DNA of 34,141 nucleotides from Klebsiella phage ST13-OXA48phi12.2: the sequence record MK422452.1; one strand, 5' to 3'. This document shows positions 1 to 6,968 of this stretch, one piece after another; position 1 is the first letter of the stretch; each line of letters starts with the position of its first letter. The notes under the pieces were generated by a model that saw only the letters and a program-made list of their open reading frames with translations, was not told where the DNA came from and did not search any database. The position numbers and the translations under genes are program-made.

Positions 1-561
1 TCATTGTGCAGGAATTAATCGCTGCCAGATAACGGAAATGTATTTAGCCTGGTGTCTGGCATCGGCCAGCGCGTTATGTACATCACCTTCAAACGGTATG
101 TCGCGGCGAGGGTTGATGCCAATCGCTCGACCTAATTCAACGATTGTGCGGACATCGCGATCATTCCAAAATTTCCATATGCAGGGCATAAACTCACGGT
201 CATAGCTGGCCCGAATGATTACGTTATCGAACGTAGCGCCATTACCCCATACCTGTACTTTGTCAGGGTCTGCGTTATCCCTTATGAAGCAGTTCAGATC
301 ACTTAATGCGGTAACCAGACTGGTGACCGTATCTTTATCGCAGATAGCCGCTCTGGCTTCTTCGCTTTGCTGCATCCACCACATAATGGTGTCAGGGTCA
401 GGAACGGCACCGCCATCCATTGAACTTTTCAGGCTGACGACACGATAAAATTCCTTGCCAAGTTCACCAGTCGAGGGCTCAAAGAACACAGCACCGATGG
501 AGACGATAGGGGCGTTAGGTTTGTTGCCCATAGTTTCCAGGTCGATCATTAAATGGGTCAC
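1..561 (-). CDS. DEDD-family (DnaQ-like) 3'-5' exonuclease. Possible GTG start at 561 or ATG at 549 (MIDLETMG...)
   Basis: ORF track protein has an N-terminal D-x-E motif (MIDLETMG) and later H/D motifs typical of DEDDh exonucleases. The stop codon at 1-3 is complete within the window. It is the last gene of the leftward early operon. Confidence 0.7.
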   Translation of the reverse strand: MTHLMIDLETMGNKPNAPIVSIGAVFFEPSTGELGKEFYRVVSLKSSMDGGAVPDPDTIMWWMQQSEEARAAICDKDTVTSLVTALSDLNCFIRDNADPDKVQVWGNGATFDNVIIRASYDREFMPCIWKFWNDRDVRTIVELGRAIGINPRRDIPFEGDVHNALADARHQAKYISVIWQRLIPAQ

Positions 562-562
562 G

Positions 563-1168
563 TTAATTATTCTCCTGCGGGGCGGCTGCGAACATGGCGG
601 CGTGGCAGGTTTTCTCTGCCCACTCCAGATACTTCTCTTTCACCCCTTCATCCAGTCCGCCGCAATCGACGAGATTATCAACCAGTTCGCGAGCCAGTTT
701 TTTGAAATCCGGTACTACCGGCACTACCGGCGCTGGCTGCTCTTTGATGTGCAACCGCGGTTCACCGTCTTTCGGCTCCGGCCATTCGCGTTGCTTGTTT
801 ACCGCCAGCTTATCGATCATCGCCTGAGTAATCTGCTCATCAGTGATACCGGCACGGCGCTGCGCATCCCACAGCAGGAATTGCATATCAGCCCACTCGA
901 TCAGATCATGCGGCTTAGCGATAGTTTCCAGCACTTCTCTTCGTAGGTGCTTCAGTGGGCCAACCGGGCCGACATTGCCGAAAGTTGCCTGTGACCACTC
1001 GGCGTGCTCGTTGCGTACCTGGTCTCTGTCCATTGCGTCCAGTGCTATGCGGGCCAGCGCTTCAGCTTCTTCTGCTGGCAGCATTACGTTGCTTCCAGCT
1101 CCATAGGTTCCACGCCATGATTTAATTTTTTCCAGGCGCTCTCTCGCCAGTTTGGTGATATCAGTCAT
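563..1168 (-). CDS. dATP/dGTP pyrophosphohydrolase-like (MazG/DUF550-like) phage protein. Start trimmed to ATG at 1168..1166 (MTDITKLARE...)
   Basis: The KHLRREVLE...DLIEWADMQFLLWDA region resembles MazG-like NTP pyrophosphohydrolase helices. The internal ATG is preceded by a GAGGA RBS and overlaps the stop of the upstream gene (ATGACTGA). The longer track ORF has a hydrophobic extension that lacks an RBS. Confidence 0.55.
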   Translation of the reverse strand: MTDITKLARERLEKIKSWRGTYGAGSNVMLPAEEAEALARIALDAMDRDQVRNEHAEWSQATFGNVGPVGPLKHLRREVLETIAKPHDLIEWADMQFLLWDAQRRAGITDEQITQAMIDKLAVNKQREWPEPKDGEPRLHIKEQPAPVVPVVPDFKKLARELVDNLVDCGGLDEGVKEKYLEWAEKTCHAAMFAAAPQENN

Positions 1169-1361
1169 CGGAGTTATCCTCGCAGCAGTAGTGAGCGCCG
1201 TCCGGGTCAGTACTTTTGAAACCGCAGATATCACACGCAATTTCGTTAAGAGCTTCTTCATCGCATTCGTGACTTTCCGGATCGTCGGCTTTGAAATAAC
1301 CGCCGCACAAGGCGCAGAGAACATCAGGAACATCGTCATAGTTCGCAGTCCCGGTAATCAT
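1161..1361 (-). CDS. small acidic Cys4 (CxxC...CxxC) zinc-ribbon protein, function unknown
   Basis: 66 aa with two CxxC pairs and a very acidic composition. Its start overlaps the stop of the upstream 142-aa ORF (ATGA), and its stop overlaps the start of the downstream gene. Confidence 0.5.
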   Translation of the reverse strand: MITGTANYDDVPDVLCALCGGYFKADDPESHECDEEALNEIACDICGFKSTDPDGAHYCCEDNSDD

Positions 1362-1774
1362 TTGTCGGCCCCCTCGCGCAGCTGGTTTGCAAAATCGACC
1401 ATCGCATCATGAAACTCGATTGCCCCTGAGGTTCGCTTCTCGGCTTCTTCGTAGCTAATATCAAGCCTGTCCATAACACAGTCAGTTTCAAGATATTCAG
1501 AGCAGGCATCCAAAGAAGCGGTAATCGCATCAGCCTTAATCCCGGCCAGGTAGGCATCGGTGGCGGGGGTTTCCATATCGTTGTGAATTTGATCTTCCTT
1601 GTCAGCCCAGGAATTCCAGAATTCTACAGCGTTGACACAATCTAATGCGTATTGCTTCAGCGCCGCATTCTCCGCAGCCAGTTGGACACGCTCGGCACGT
1701 AATTTCTCGACCTCAGTGACCAATGCGGCATTACGTTCTGCCAGTTGGTTGAGAGTTAATCCGTTGTTGTTCAT
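1358..1774 (-). CDS. phage early protein with N-terminal coiled coil. Start most likely the ATG at 1774 (MNNNGLTL...)
   Basis: The N-terminal heptad-like LAERNAALVTEVEKLRAERVQLAAENAALK suggests a coiled coil. The ATG at 1774 overlaps the TGA of the upstream 42-aa ORF (ATGA coupling) and has a GGGTGA RBS. The track start at 1786 lacks an RBS. Confidence 0.5.
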   Translation of the reverse strand: MNNNGLTLNQLAERNAALVTEVEKLRAERVQLAAENAALKQYALDCVNAVEFWNSWADKEDQIHNDMETPATDAYLAGIKADAITASLDACSEYLETDCVMDRLDISYEEAEKRTSGAIEFHDAMVDFANQLREGADK

Positions 1775-1899
1775 GCTGTCACCCATTCATTGACCAGCCA
1801 TATTCCCAGCGCAGAAAGCGATGCCGCTCCAACCAGAACTATTGCATCCAGGATTAATGTCTTTCGCAGAATGGGATCACGGTAAATTTTGAAAATCAT
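1771..1899 (-). CDS. 42-aa hydrophobic peptide (MIFKIYRDPILRKTLILDAIVLVGAASLSALGIWLVNEWVTA), putative small membrane protein
   Basis: Not in the ORF track because it is under 60 aa. It has a strong RBS (GGGAGGTG, about 7 nt upstream of the ATG at 1899..1897). Its stop is coupled to the next start by ATGA. It contains a single predicted transmembrane helix. Confidence 0.35.
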   Translation of the reverse strand: MIFKIYRDPILRKTLILDAIVLVGAASLSALGIWLVNEWVTA

Positions 1900-2092
1900 T
1901 TACTAACACCTCCCATTGTTGAATCAGATTCAATCGCGCGGCACCAATGCTATCGGCGTGGTAGGTCACCTTTACAGAATGATGTTTGTGCGGACATTGC
2001 AAAGCCCCATAACGCATATAGGGGCTATGACCATGCCAGGAGAATTGAGGTAAAGCCCCACAGGTAGGGCATTTGAGGATAGTTTCTGTCAT
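1877..2092 (-). CDS. small zinc-ribbon protein, possibly Lar-family restriction-alleviation-like
   Basis: 71 aa. It has a K-C-P-x-C-G motif near the N-terminus, as in Lar-family proteins, plus two His/Cys further on. Its ATG overlaps the TGA of the ParB-like gene (ATGA). The family assignment is from memory only. Confidence 0.4.
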   Translation of the reverse strand: MTETILKCPTCGALPQFSWHGHSPYMRYGALQCPHKHHSVKVTYHADSIGAARLNLIQQWEVLVNDFQNLP

Positions 2093-2949
2093 GCGGCATC
2101 ACTTTCTTCAGATGATGAGGTCTGTTCATTGTTTTGCTCGCCTTCCCCAGGTGCCGATGTTTCGTAGCGGAATTCCTGAAGAATCGACAGCACCTCGGCC
2201 TGCATTGCTGGTGGTACTTCAATGATCAGTCCGCCGCTGGTGGTCTCTTTGCATGATGAGATGATCTCCAGAAACTTCCGCGCCTTTCCTGCATTGAATT
2301 GTGGCTTGGCGATGCTCTTTGTGACTTTGGTTTTCCCGGCTGCTTCTGCTTTTTTCATCAGCCTGGCGGCTTCCCGGTCTGCATAAACGCCATGTTCACG
2401 AGAAATGCCAATCGCAATGGCATAGTTCATAGAGCCATCGCGAACCAGCTTTTTGATATACGGGGTGCATTCATGAAGCTGGAGATGTTGAAGGATATCG
2501 GACTCTGAACGCTTAACTTTTGCGGCAATCTCTGCCGGGCTCCATCCCTGATTCTGAAGGCGGTGATACGCCGCACCACGTTCAAGGGGAGTAAGTGCCA
2601 GCCCTTGCGAGCTAGTCACCATAAACGCGATCTTATCGGCTTCAGTACCAACAAAATCTTTGCACTCAAGGCGCACGATATCGTGTCCCATAGCAATAGC
2701 AGCGAGCGCACCGTGATAGCGGTGGTGGCCGTCGATCACCTTTACACCACGCTCAGTAACTTCGACGGCCAGCGGAGGAATATATTCACCGGCAATAAAC
2801 GCATCGCGGAATTCATCGACATGCGCCTGATTCAGTTCGCGAACGTTGTAGCCTTCTTCCGCATAAATTGAGGCGATCGGGACGTTATAAGTTTTACGGG
2901 TAGTTAACCCGGATTCTTTATCGTTATAGAGCTGGCCTAAGCTGGGCAT
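2089..2949 (-). CDS. ParB-like nuclease domain protein. Start trimmed to ATG at 2949 (MPSLGQLY...)
   Basis: It has the IDGHHR motif characteristic of the ParB/Srx N-terminal domain. The AAGGTGA RBS lies 5 nt upstream of the ATG at 2949. The longer track ORF start has no RBS. Confidence 0.75.
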   Translation of the reverse strand: MPSLGQLYNDKESGLTTRKTYNVPIASIYAEEGYNVRELNQAHVDEFRDAFIAGEYIPPLAVEVTERGVKVIDGHHRYHGALAAIAMGHDIVRLECKDFVGTEADKIAFMVTSSQGLALTPLERGAAYHRLQNQGWSPAEIAAKVKRSESDILQHLQLHECTPYIKKLVRDGSMNYAIAIGISREHGVYADREAARLMKKAEAAGKTKVTKSIAKPQFNAGKARKFLEIISSCKETTSGGLIIEVPPAMQAEVLSILQEFRYETSAPGEGEQNNEQTSSSEESDAA

Positions 2950-3030
2950 ATGGTCACCTTTTTGAATTAGGGAGTGCTTCGCTATGCGCCCCACCTGGAG
3001 GCGCATAAAACAACACACGGGATGGATGGG

Positions 3031-3843
3031 TTAGATGGAGCCTTCGTAGATAGGCAGTTCATCGCCGAGCTGGTTTTCCATATCGGCTACGATCTCCTGG
3101 AAGGCATGCTCAATGATTTTTTTCGGCTCGATCAGCTCATACCAGAGGACCAGCTGACCGTCGCGCAGGCGGTAGCGAATTCGCGCATCAATCTGGTACG
3201 GTGCGCCATTATGGAAAGGCGCGATTGCCAGGCTGATTTTTTCCGGGATTTTGGTATTGCCTGAGCCGGATTTATCATCGCTGTACTGGAACTGACAGGT
3301 TCCGTCCTGCAGGCGCTTAACCGACTTGAACTCAACTTTCCTTGTCTCCTGGAAGGCGAGTACCATTTCCAGGAGATCGGTACCGGACGGGCCTTTATAG
3401 TTATCGCTAATCGGCGCGATGTTCTGGATGTTGTTTTCCAGAAACTCGGCGAAGTCGATCTGATTCATCTTGTTACCATCAGACCCCACCCATGCTTTCC
3501 AGTCATCAGAGAAAGGACAGTCATAAACTGCTTTGTGCATTCCCCAGTGTGGGTTATCGGCGTCCTGGTGGAAGTCCAGCACCGCTACGATCCGGGTTTT
3601 GGTCTTGTCGGCGAAAACAACAGAACGCGCATCACGGAATCGCTGGATATATGCGATTAGCGAACCGGGGGAAATCAGGTTTGTATTCTGGCGAATACGA
3701 GACGGGGCAATCTGGAGGCTTTCGAGCGATTTGATATCGAAGCCATCCGGGACGACGACAGACGGGATGTCGGTATTAGTTTTCAGCGTTGCAGCAACCA
3801 GATCGCGGATGTCGTGCACGGCAGAGCCTTCAATTTGAGACAT
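3031..3843 (-). CDS. DUF2303 family phage protein (YfdQ-like)
   Basis: 270 aa. Its length and sequence character match the YfdQ/DUF2303 family found in CPS-53-like early regions. Recognised from memory; needs an HMM check. Confidence 0.7.
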   Translation of the reverse strand: MSQIEGSAVHDIRDLVAATLKTNTDIPSVVVPDGFDIKSLESLQIAPSRIRQNTNLISPGSLIAYIQRFRDARSVVFADKTKTRIVAVLDFHQDADNPHWGMHKAVYDCPFSDDWKAWVGSDGNKMNQIDFAEFLENNIQNIAPISDNYKGPSGTDLLEMVLAFQETRKVEFKSVKRLQDGTCQFQYSDDKSGSGNTKIPEKISLAIAPFHNGAPYQIDARIRYRLRDGQLVLWYELIEPKKIIEHAFQEIVADMENQLGDELPIYEGSI

Positions 3844-3886
3844 TGAATAATTCCTTTAGAGAGGTGTGTTGAAAAAGAGGGTGGGA

Positions 3887-4246
3887 TTACTGAGCCAGCT
3901 TAATAGGCGCAGCTTGCGGTGCTTGTTCGATAACTTTCAAATCCATCTGAACTTGCGCCGGGTCATCACGCAGCAGATCGCCATCAGCGGTAGAGAACAT
4001 GATGGTATCGGCGCGGTCCAGTTCCGGGATAGTGCGGGTTACTTTTGGCGTGACCTTCATGGTGTTTTCGTCACGGGTATTCAGCATTGAACAGTTAAGG
4101 GTAAGGGTCACAGCTCCCTTTTTACCCGTTTCACGTACAGCCTTGATCACTTCGGCCAGCGCTTCAGTCAGCTCGGCATCGAGAGTGCCTTTGTTGATGT
4201 ACGCCAGTTGCTGGCTAAACGGCGTGGTATTTTTGGTTTCGGACAT
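3887..4246 (-). CDS. hypothetical phage early protein (YfdP-like by position and size)
   Basis: 119 aa. There is a GGAG RBS 7 nt upstream of the ATG at 4246. It sits adjacent to the DUF2303 gene, as in CPS-53-type prophages. Confidence 0.55.
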   Translation of the reverse strand: MSETKNTTPFSQQLAYINKGTLDAELTEALAEVIKAVRETGKKGAVTLTLNCSMLNTRDENTMKVTPKVTRTIPELDRADTIMFSTADGDLLRDDPAQVQMDLKVIEQAPQAAPIKLAQ

Positions 4247-4261
4247 AATTATCTCCAGTTA

Positions 4262-4411
4262 TCAGCAGGGATCGCCTTTCTGGGTAAGAAGCCTGTACAA
4301 CCAGCTCTGCCGCCAGAAGCGAACGAATGATTTAGGGTTGCGAACAGCCTGCACACCGCGAGGGACGCGCATCAGATCGCCGTAAGGGAAATTAACGTTA
4401 CGGAAGGTCAT
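4262..4411 (-). CDS. 49-aa basic small protein (MTFRNVNFPYGDLMRVPRGVQAVRNPKSFVRFWRQSWLYRLLTQKGDPC)
   Basis: Not in the track because it is under 60 aa. GGTGA lies 5 nt upstream of the ATG at 4411. Its stop is followed by the RBS of the next gene. It would be the first gene of the early-left operon after the AT-rich island. Confidence 0.4.
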   Translation of the reverse strand: MTFRNVNFPYGDLMRVPRGVQAVRNPKSFVRFWRQSWLYRLLTQKGDPC

Positions 4412-4431
4412 ATTAATCACCGATTAATTAG

Positions 4432-4460
4432 GTATCCGGCAGGAGTTGAACCCGCGCTGG
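4432..4460 (-). other. tRNA/tmRNA-like 3' fragment (T-arm GCGGG-TTCAACT-CCTGC plus acceptor-like tail). It is not a complete tRNA and may be a relic attachment-site fragment
   Basis: The minus strand reads ...CAGCGCGGGTTCAACTCCTGCCGGATACC. This contains a canonical T-loop (GTTCAAcTC) with a 5-bp stem. GCGGGTTCAACTCC is identical to the tmRNA 3' region as I remember it. No cloverleaf can be completed upstream. Confidence 0.3.
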
Positions 4461-4685
4461 GTTGGGCAGCCCAGCCAACACCGGGAGCGGACATATTGAA
4501 TAAAAAGGGCGGTTACCCAACAGAACACTATCCTCTTCCTCCTGTTTGATTGGTGGAATACTGGATAACCGCCAAGTGAAAAGCACTCGCCTGTATGAAA
4601 AAACATTGTTATGCATACAGCTTTGTTGATCACTCTTTAACCAAGGTGATAGAATGGTGAATCCTCACCTTCAGAAGGGTTAAAT

Positions 4686-5600
4686 ATGCTTTACATGAAA
4701 GAAAATGGTGTATTGATCAAACTGGATAGCTGGGAGCAGGTTTATTCAAGACCTAATTTCATTAAAGACTTAGACCTAAAAGATAAAAAACTAAAAGCAC
4801 TAATTGGTTACTACAAAAATGAACCTCCACGTAAGTGTGGTATTAAAAGCTGCCACAGCAGTCATATGAAGGGAGGGATCGTCATTACAGAGGATGATTT
4901 CGAAGCCTCAATTGGTCACATCTGTGGTAGTAAAATATTTCAAGAAAAATTCGATGATTTAATTAAACAACTTGAAAAAGAAGTTGATTTCGAAATTTAT
5001 AAAGAGGCTGTGGCAAGTCGTAAGTCAAGGCTTTTTGAATATTGGAATAAAGCCGCCGCGCTCACATCTGGGAAAAACGGTATCCTCAAGCTTGCCGAAA
5101 AAATTTCTGACATTAAAAATGCCTTAGTTGCTGGTAGATATGCCGCAACCGAATTAGTCAGAATGGCATCTAACCAGCAGACAATAGTAACGAAAGAAGT
5201 CTGGGTTGAGAAAAAGAAAAAAGAACTCACTGAAGAAGAGGCAAGCAGTGGTGAGAAAAAATACAAAATAGAAACTGTAGTTTGTGGGCAGATAAAAAAT
5301 ATCGAAGTTCTACTAGCCGCGAACGATTTAAAAAGACTTTACAATGAAGAGATTGAGTCCGTGATTAAGGGGCTTGAAAAGCTGGATCTACAGACTGCCT
5401 CACCAAGTCAAATTAAAAACATTGGGCGTTCTGTATCCTCTTTGGATGTCAGACTAGAAACAGCAGCAAAGTTGAAGGAGCTTGCAATAGGCTTTTTGAC
5501 CTACGATAACCTGTATCCAATGCTTGAGAAAATGCATCCTATGGATACGATCAGTCGTAAGGATCTTGAGTTATATGAGAATTTTATAAAGTCCCTTTAA
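4686..5600 (+). CDS. AT-rich 304-aa protein of unknown function. It has an N-terminal Cys/His cluster (C-x4-C-H-x2-H ... H-x-C) and a long K/E-rich helical C-terminal region. Candidate lysogen-expressed exclusion/defence moron
   Basis: A long ORF with markedly lower GC than its neighbours. It is on the plus strand, antisense to the PL operon. AGAAGGG lies 7 nt upstream of the ATG. Its own promoter-like TTGATC-18-TAGAAT has a TG extension. Its own rho-independent terminator lies just downstream. Confidence 0.7.
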   Translation: MLYMKENGVLIKLDSWEQVYSRPNFIKDLDLKDKKLKALIGYYKNEPPRKCGIKSCHSSHMKGGIVITEDDFEASIGHICGSKIFQEKFDDLIKQLEKEVDFEIYKEAVASRKSRLFEYWNKAAALTSGKNGILKLAEKISDIKNALVAGRYAATELVRMASNQQTIVTKEVWVEKKKKELTEEEASSGEKKYKIETVVCGQIKNIEVLLAANDLKRLYNEEIESVIKGLEKLDLQTASPSQIKNIGRSVSSLDVRLETAAKLKELAIGFLTYDNLYPMLEKMHPMDTISRKDLELYENFIKSL

Positions 5601-5809
5601 TCCTTCACTGTGGGCAGCAATGCCCACTTTTTATATTCATGTGGATGAATCGGCCCCACATTTGTCATGAAACATACAAAACCGCTAAGCTCATCAAAAA
5701 AAGCAGTCGCAACGAGATAATCGTCATCATGGTTTATCAACAGAAATTGTTGACCTATGTCATCCTCAAAGGGAAGCTCTTCTGGAGTATTAAAAACAAT
5801 GTTGGTCAT
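5597..5809 (-). CDS. 70-aa strongly acidic AT-rich small protein. It is the first ORF downstream of PL/nutL but is not N-like
   Basis: ORF track protein MTNIVFNTPEELPFEDDIGQQF... is rich in D/E. There is an AAGGA RBS about 10 nt upstream. Its stop overlaps the stop of the 304-aa gene by 4 nt (TTAA). Confidence 0.5.
   Translation of the reverse strand: MTNIVFNTPEELPFEDDIGQQFLLINHDDDYLVATAFFDELSGFVCFMTNVGPIHPHEYKKWALLPTVKD
5610..5634 (+). terminator. rho-independent terminator of the 304-aa gene (GTGGGC-agcaat-GCCCAC + TTTTTAT)
   Basis: A perfect 6-bp GC-rich stem followed by a T-run, 10 nt after the stop codon. It lies inside the 3' end of the convergent 70-aa ORF. Confidence 0.6.
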
Positions 5810-6031
5810 ATTTATATAATCCTTATCGGTTTTTTATTCAGCCCAACCCCCTCACATCAAAGGGGCTGGAATAAATCATTTTGCGCTTGCACACTTCCCC
5901 TGCCAGTGTTCCCCGTTCACGCACGATTGAGATCGTGGCTAACCCTCACACCGACCGGATCGCACCCGGTGATACGTCGCATTAAAGCGCAGGGGTCTAA
6001 ACAGGTTTCATGTGCTGTTCCGACTTTGCTG

Positions 6032-6045
6032 ATTGTTAAAGAGCG
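6032..6045 (-). promoter_or_regulatory. nutL-type boxA (CGCTCTTTAACAAT on the minus strand), about 55 nt downstream of the predicted PL start. It is followed by a hairpin (AACAG-cacatgaaac-CTGTT) as a possible boxB
   Basis: A 14-nt match to the boxA consensus (rrn boxA TGCTCTTTAACAATTTATCA; lambda nut boxA CGCTCTTA...). It is read directly from the reverse complement of 6027-6047. Confidence 0.55.
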
Positions 6046-6105
6046 GCATTGCTTCAGCGGGCCCCTGTCGTAACGTTTACGGCTGGGTACCATTCCGCTG
6101 TTGAT

Positions 6106-6165
6106 GTAACCGAATGTACCTTTAGTTACCTTTGCCGTCAAGGTTGTTTTGTACCTTTAGTTACC
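6106..6165 (-). promoter_or_regulatory. OL operators and PL promoter. Direct repeats TGTACCTTTAGTTACC at 6115-6130 and 6150-6165, plus GTAACcgaatGTACC. Minus-strand -35 TTGACG (6136-6141) and -10 TACATT (6113-6118), 17-nt spacer
   Basis: The same 16-mer, one mismatch away, recurs between cI and cro at 6925-6940. The half-sites are GTACC and GTTAC (GTAAC). The promoter hexamers overlap the repeats. Confidence 0.5.
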
Positions 6166-6174
6166 AGAAGGCGC

Positions 6175-6200
6175 AAAAAAAAAGCCGGAGTGATTCCGGC
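6175..6200 (-). terminator. rho-independent terminator immediately after the cI stop (GCCGGAatcaCTCCGGC + T9 on the minus strand)
   Basis: A perfect 7-bp stem and nine Ts, 18 nt after the cI stop codon at 6218-6220. Confidence 0.75.
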
Positions 6201-6217
6201 TGTATGAAAATGGGGGC

Positions 6218-6877
6218 TTAGATGTTTTGTGTGATTTGGACGACTCTTCCGATTATCCGGCAGTTTCCGTCAATTTGAATTGGCTTGAATGCGGGGTTTA
6301 AAGGCATCAGGTACGCATATGGGCTATCCCATACCAGTTTTTTTACCGTTGCTTCTGTTGAACCATCCAACATAGCAACAACAACTTTCCCATACAGGTC
6401 GTCAATTTGTCCGTAATGAGGTTCGACAATAACTATCGACCCTTCTGGTATTGAAGGTATCCCGTTCGGGTTTGTCATGGATTCGCCACGAACTACAAGT
6501 CCGAAAGCTTCGTCTGAAACATTTGCAGTGGTTTGGGTCCAGGAAATCACATCAGTTAGTCTTGAGCTTGAATAAGTTTCAGTCCATGTGCCTGCTTGTA
6601 CAGCAGAAATAATAGGGATCGCAACAGGAGGTTTCAGGTATGGAATTACCTTCGTGTCATCAACTACGACATCACCTTCGCCGTAGAGAATCCACTCCGG
6701 AGTAACCTGAAGAGCAAGTGCAAGCTGGTGGAGGTTCTCTCCATCAGGTTTAGTTGTCCCGCTTTCCCATTTTGTAACCGACACCCTACTAACCCCCAGC
6801 TTTTTAGCGAGCGTTTGTTGTGTGATGTCAAGCTGAACCCTACGGGCGCGGATTCTATCTTTCATTTCATTTCTCAT
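6218..6877 (-). CDS. cI: cI-like prophage repressor (N-terminal XRE HTH plus C-terminal S24 LexA-like peptidase)
   Basis: The HTH segment is QQTLAKKLGVSRVSVTKWESG. The C-terminal part contains a GESM serine motif and a conserved Lys (KKL). It is divergent from cro. Like lambda cI, it appears leaderless or has a weak RBS. An alternative start is ATG 6865. Confidence 0.9.
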   Translation of the reverse strand: MRNEMKDRIRARRVQLDITQQTLAKKLGVSRVSVTKWESGTTKPDGENLHQLALALQVTPEWILYGEGDVVVDDTKVIPYLKPPVAIPIISAVQAGTWTETYSSSRLTDVISWTQTTANVSDEAFGLVVRGESMTNPNGIPSIPEGSIVIVEPHYGQIDDLYGKVVVAMLDGSTEATVKKLVWDSPYAYLMPLNPAFKPIQIDGNCRIIGRVVQITQNI

Positions 6878-6968
6878 GTAACCAATGTTACTTGAAGTGG
6901 TGGTAACTTTTATTTGCTATTTAATGTACCTTTTGTTACCTTCAGATCATTAAGTAACAGGAGTAACT
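6878..6968. promoter_or_regulatory. OR region between cI and cro. Palindrome GTAACcaatGTTAC (6878-6891), GGTAAC half-site (~6901-6907), TGTACCTTTTGTTACC (6925-6940) and GTAACaggaGTAAC (6954-6967). Presumably contains PR and PRM
   Basis: Repeated GTAAC/GTTAC/GTACC half-sites share their consensus with the OL repeats. The 91-bp divergent intergenic region is typical of lambdoid immunity regions. Confidence 0.55.

Noticed and set aside
4424-4510. complete tRNA or tmRNA gene on the minus strand
   Set aside because: Only a T-arm and acceptor-like 3' tail are present. No matching 5' acceptor strand, D-arm or anticodon arm can be found at the required spacing. It is treated as a fragment.
5639-6073. 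144-aa plus-strand ORF
   Set aside because: It overlaps the 70-aa minus-strand gene and the structured PL leader. It has no RBS and odd composition. It is very likely non-coding.
5917-6141. 74-aa basic ORF on the minus strand, considered as an N-like antiterminator
   Set aside because: It would need a TTG start located inside the OL operators, upstream of the predicted PL transcription start. It lies entirely within the GC-rich structured leader, and it has no Arg-rich N-terminal motif. It is most likely a spurious ORF in a high-GC segment.
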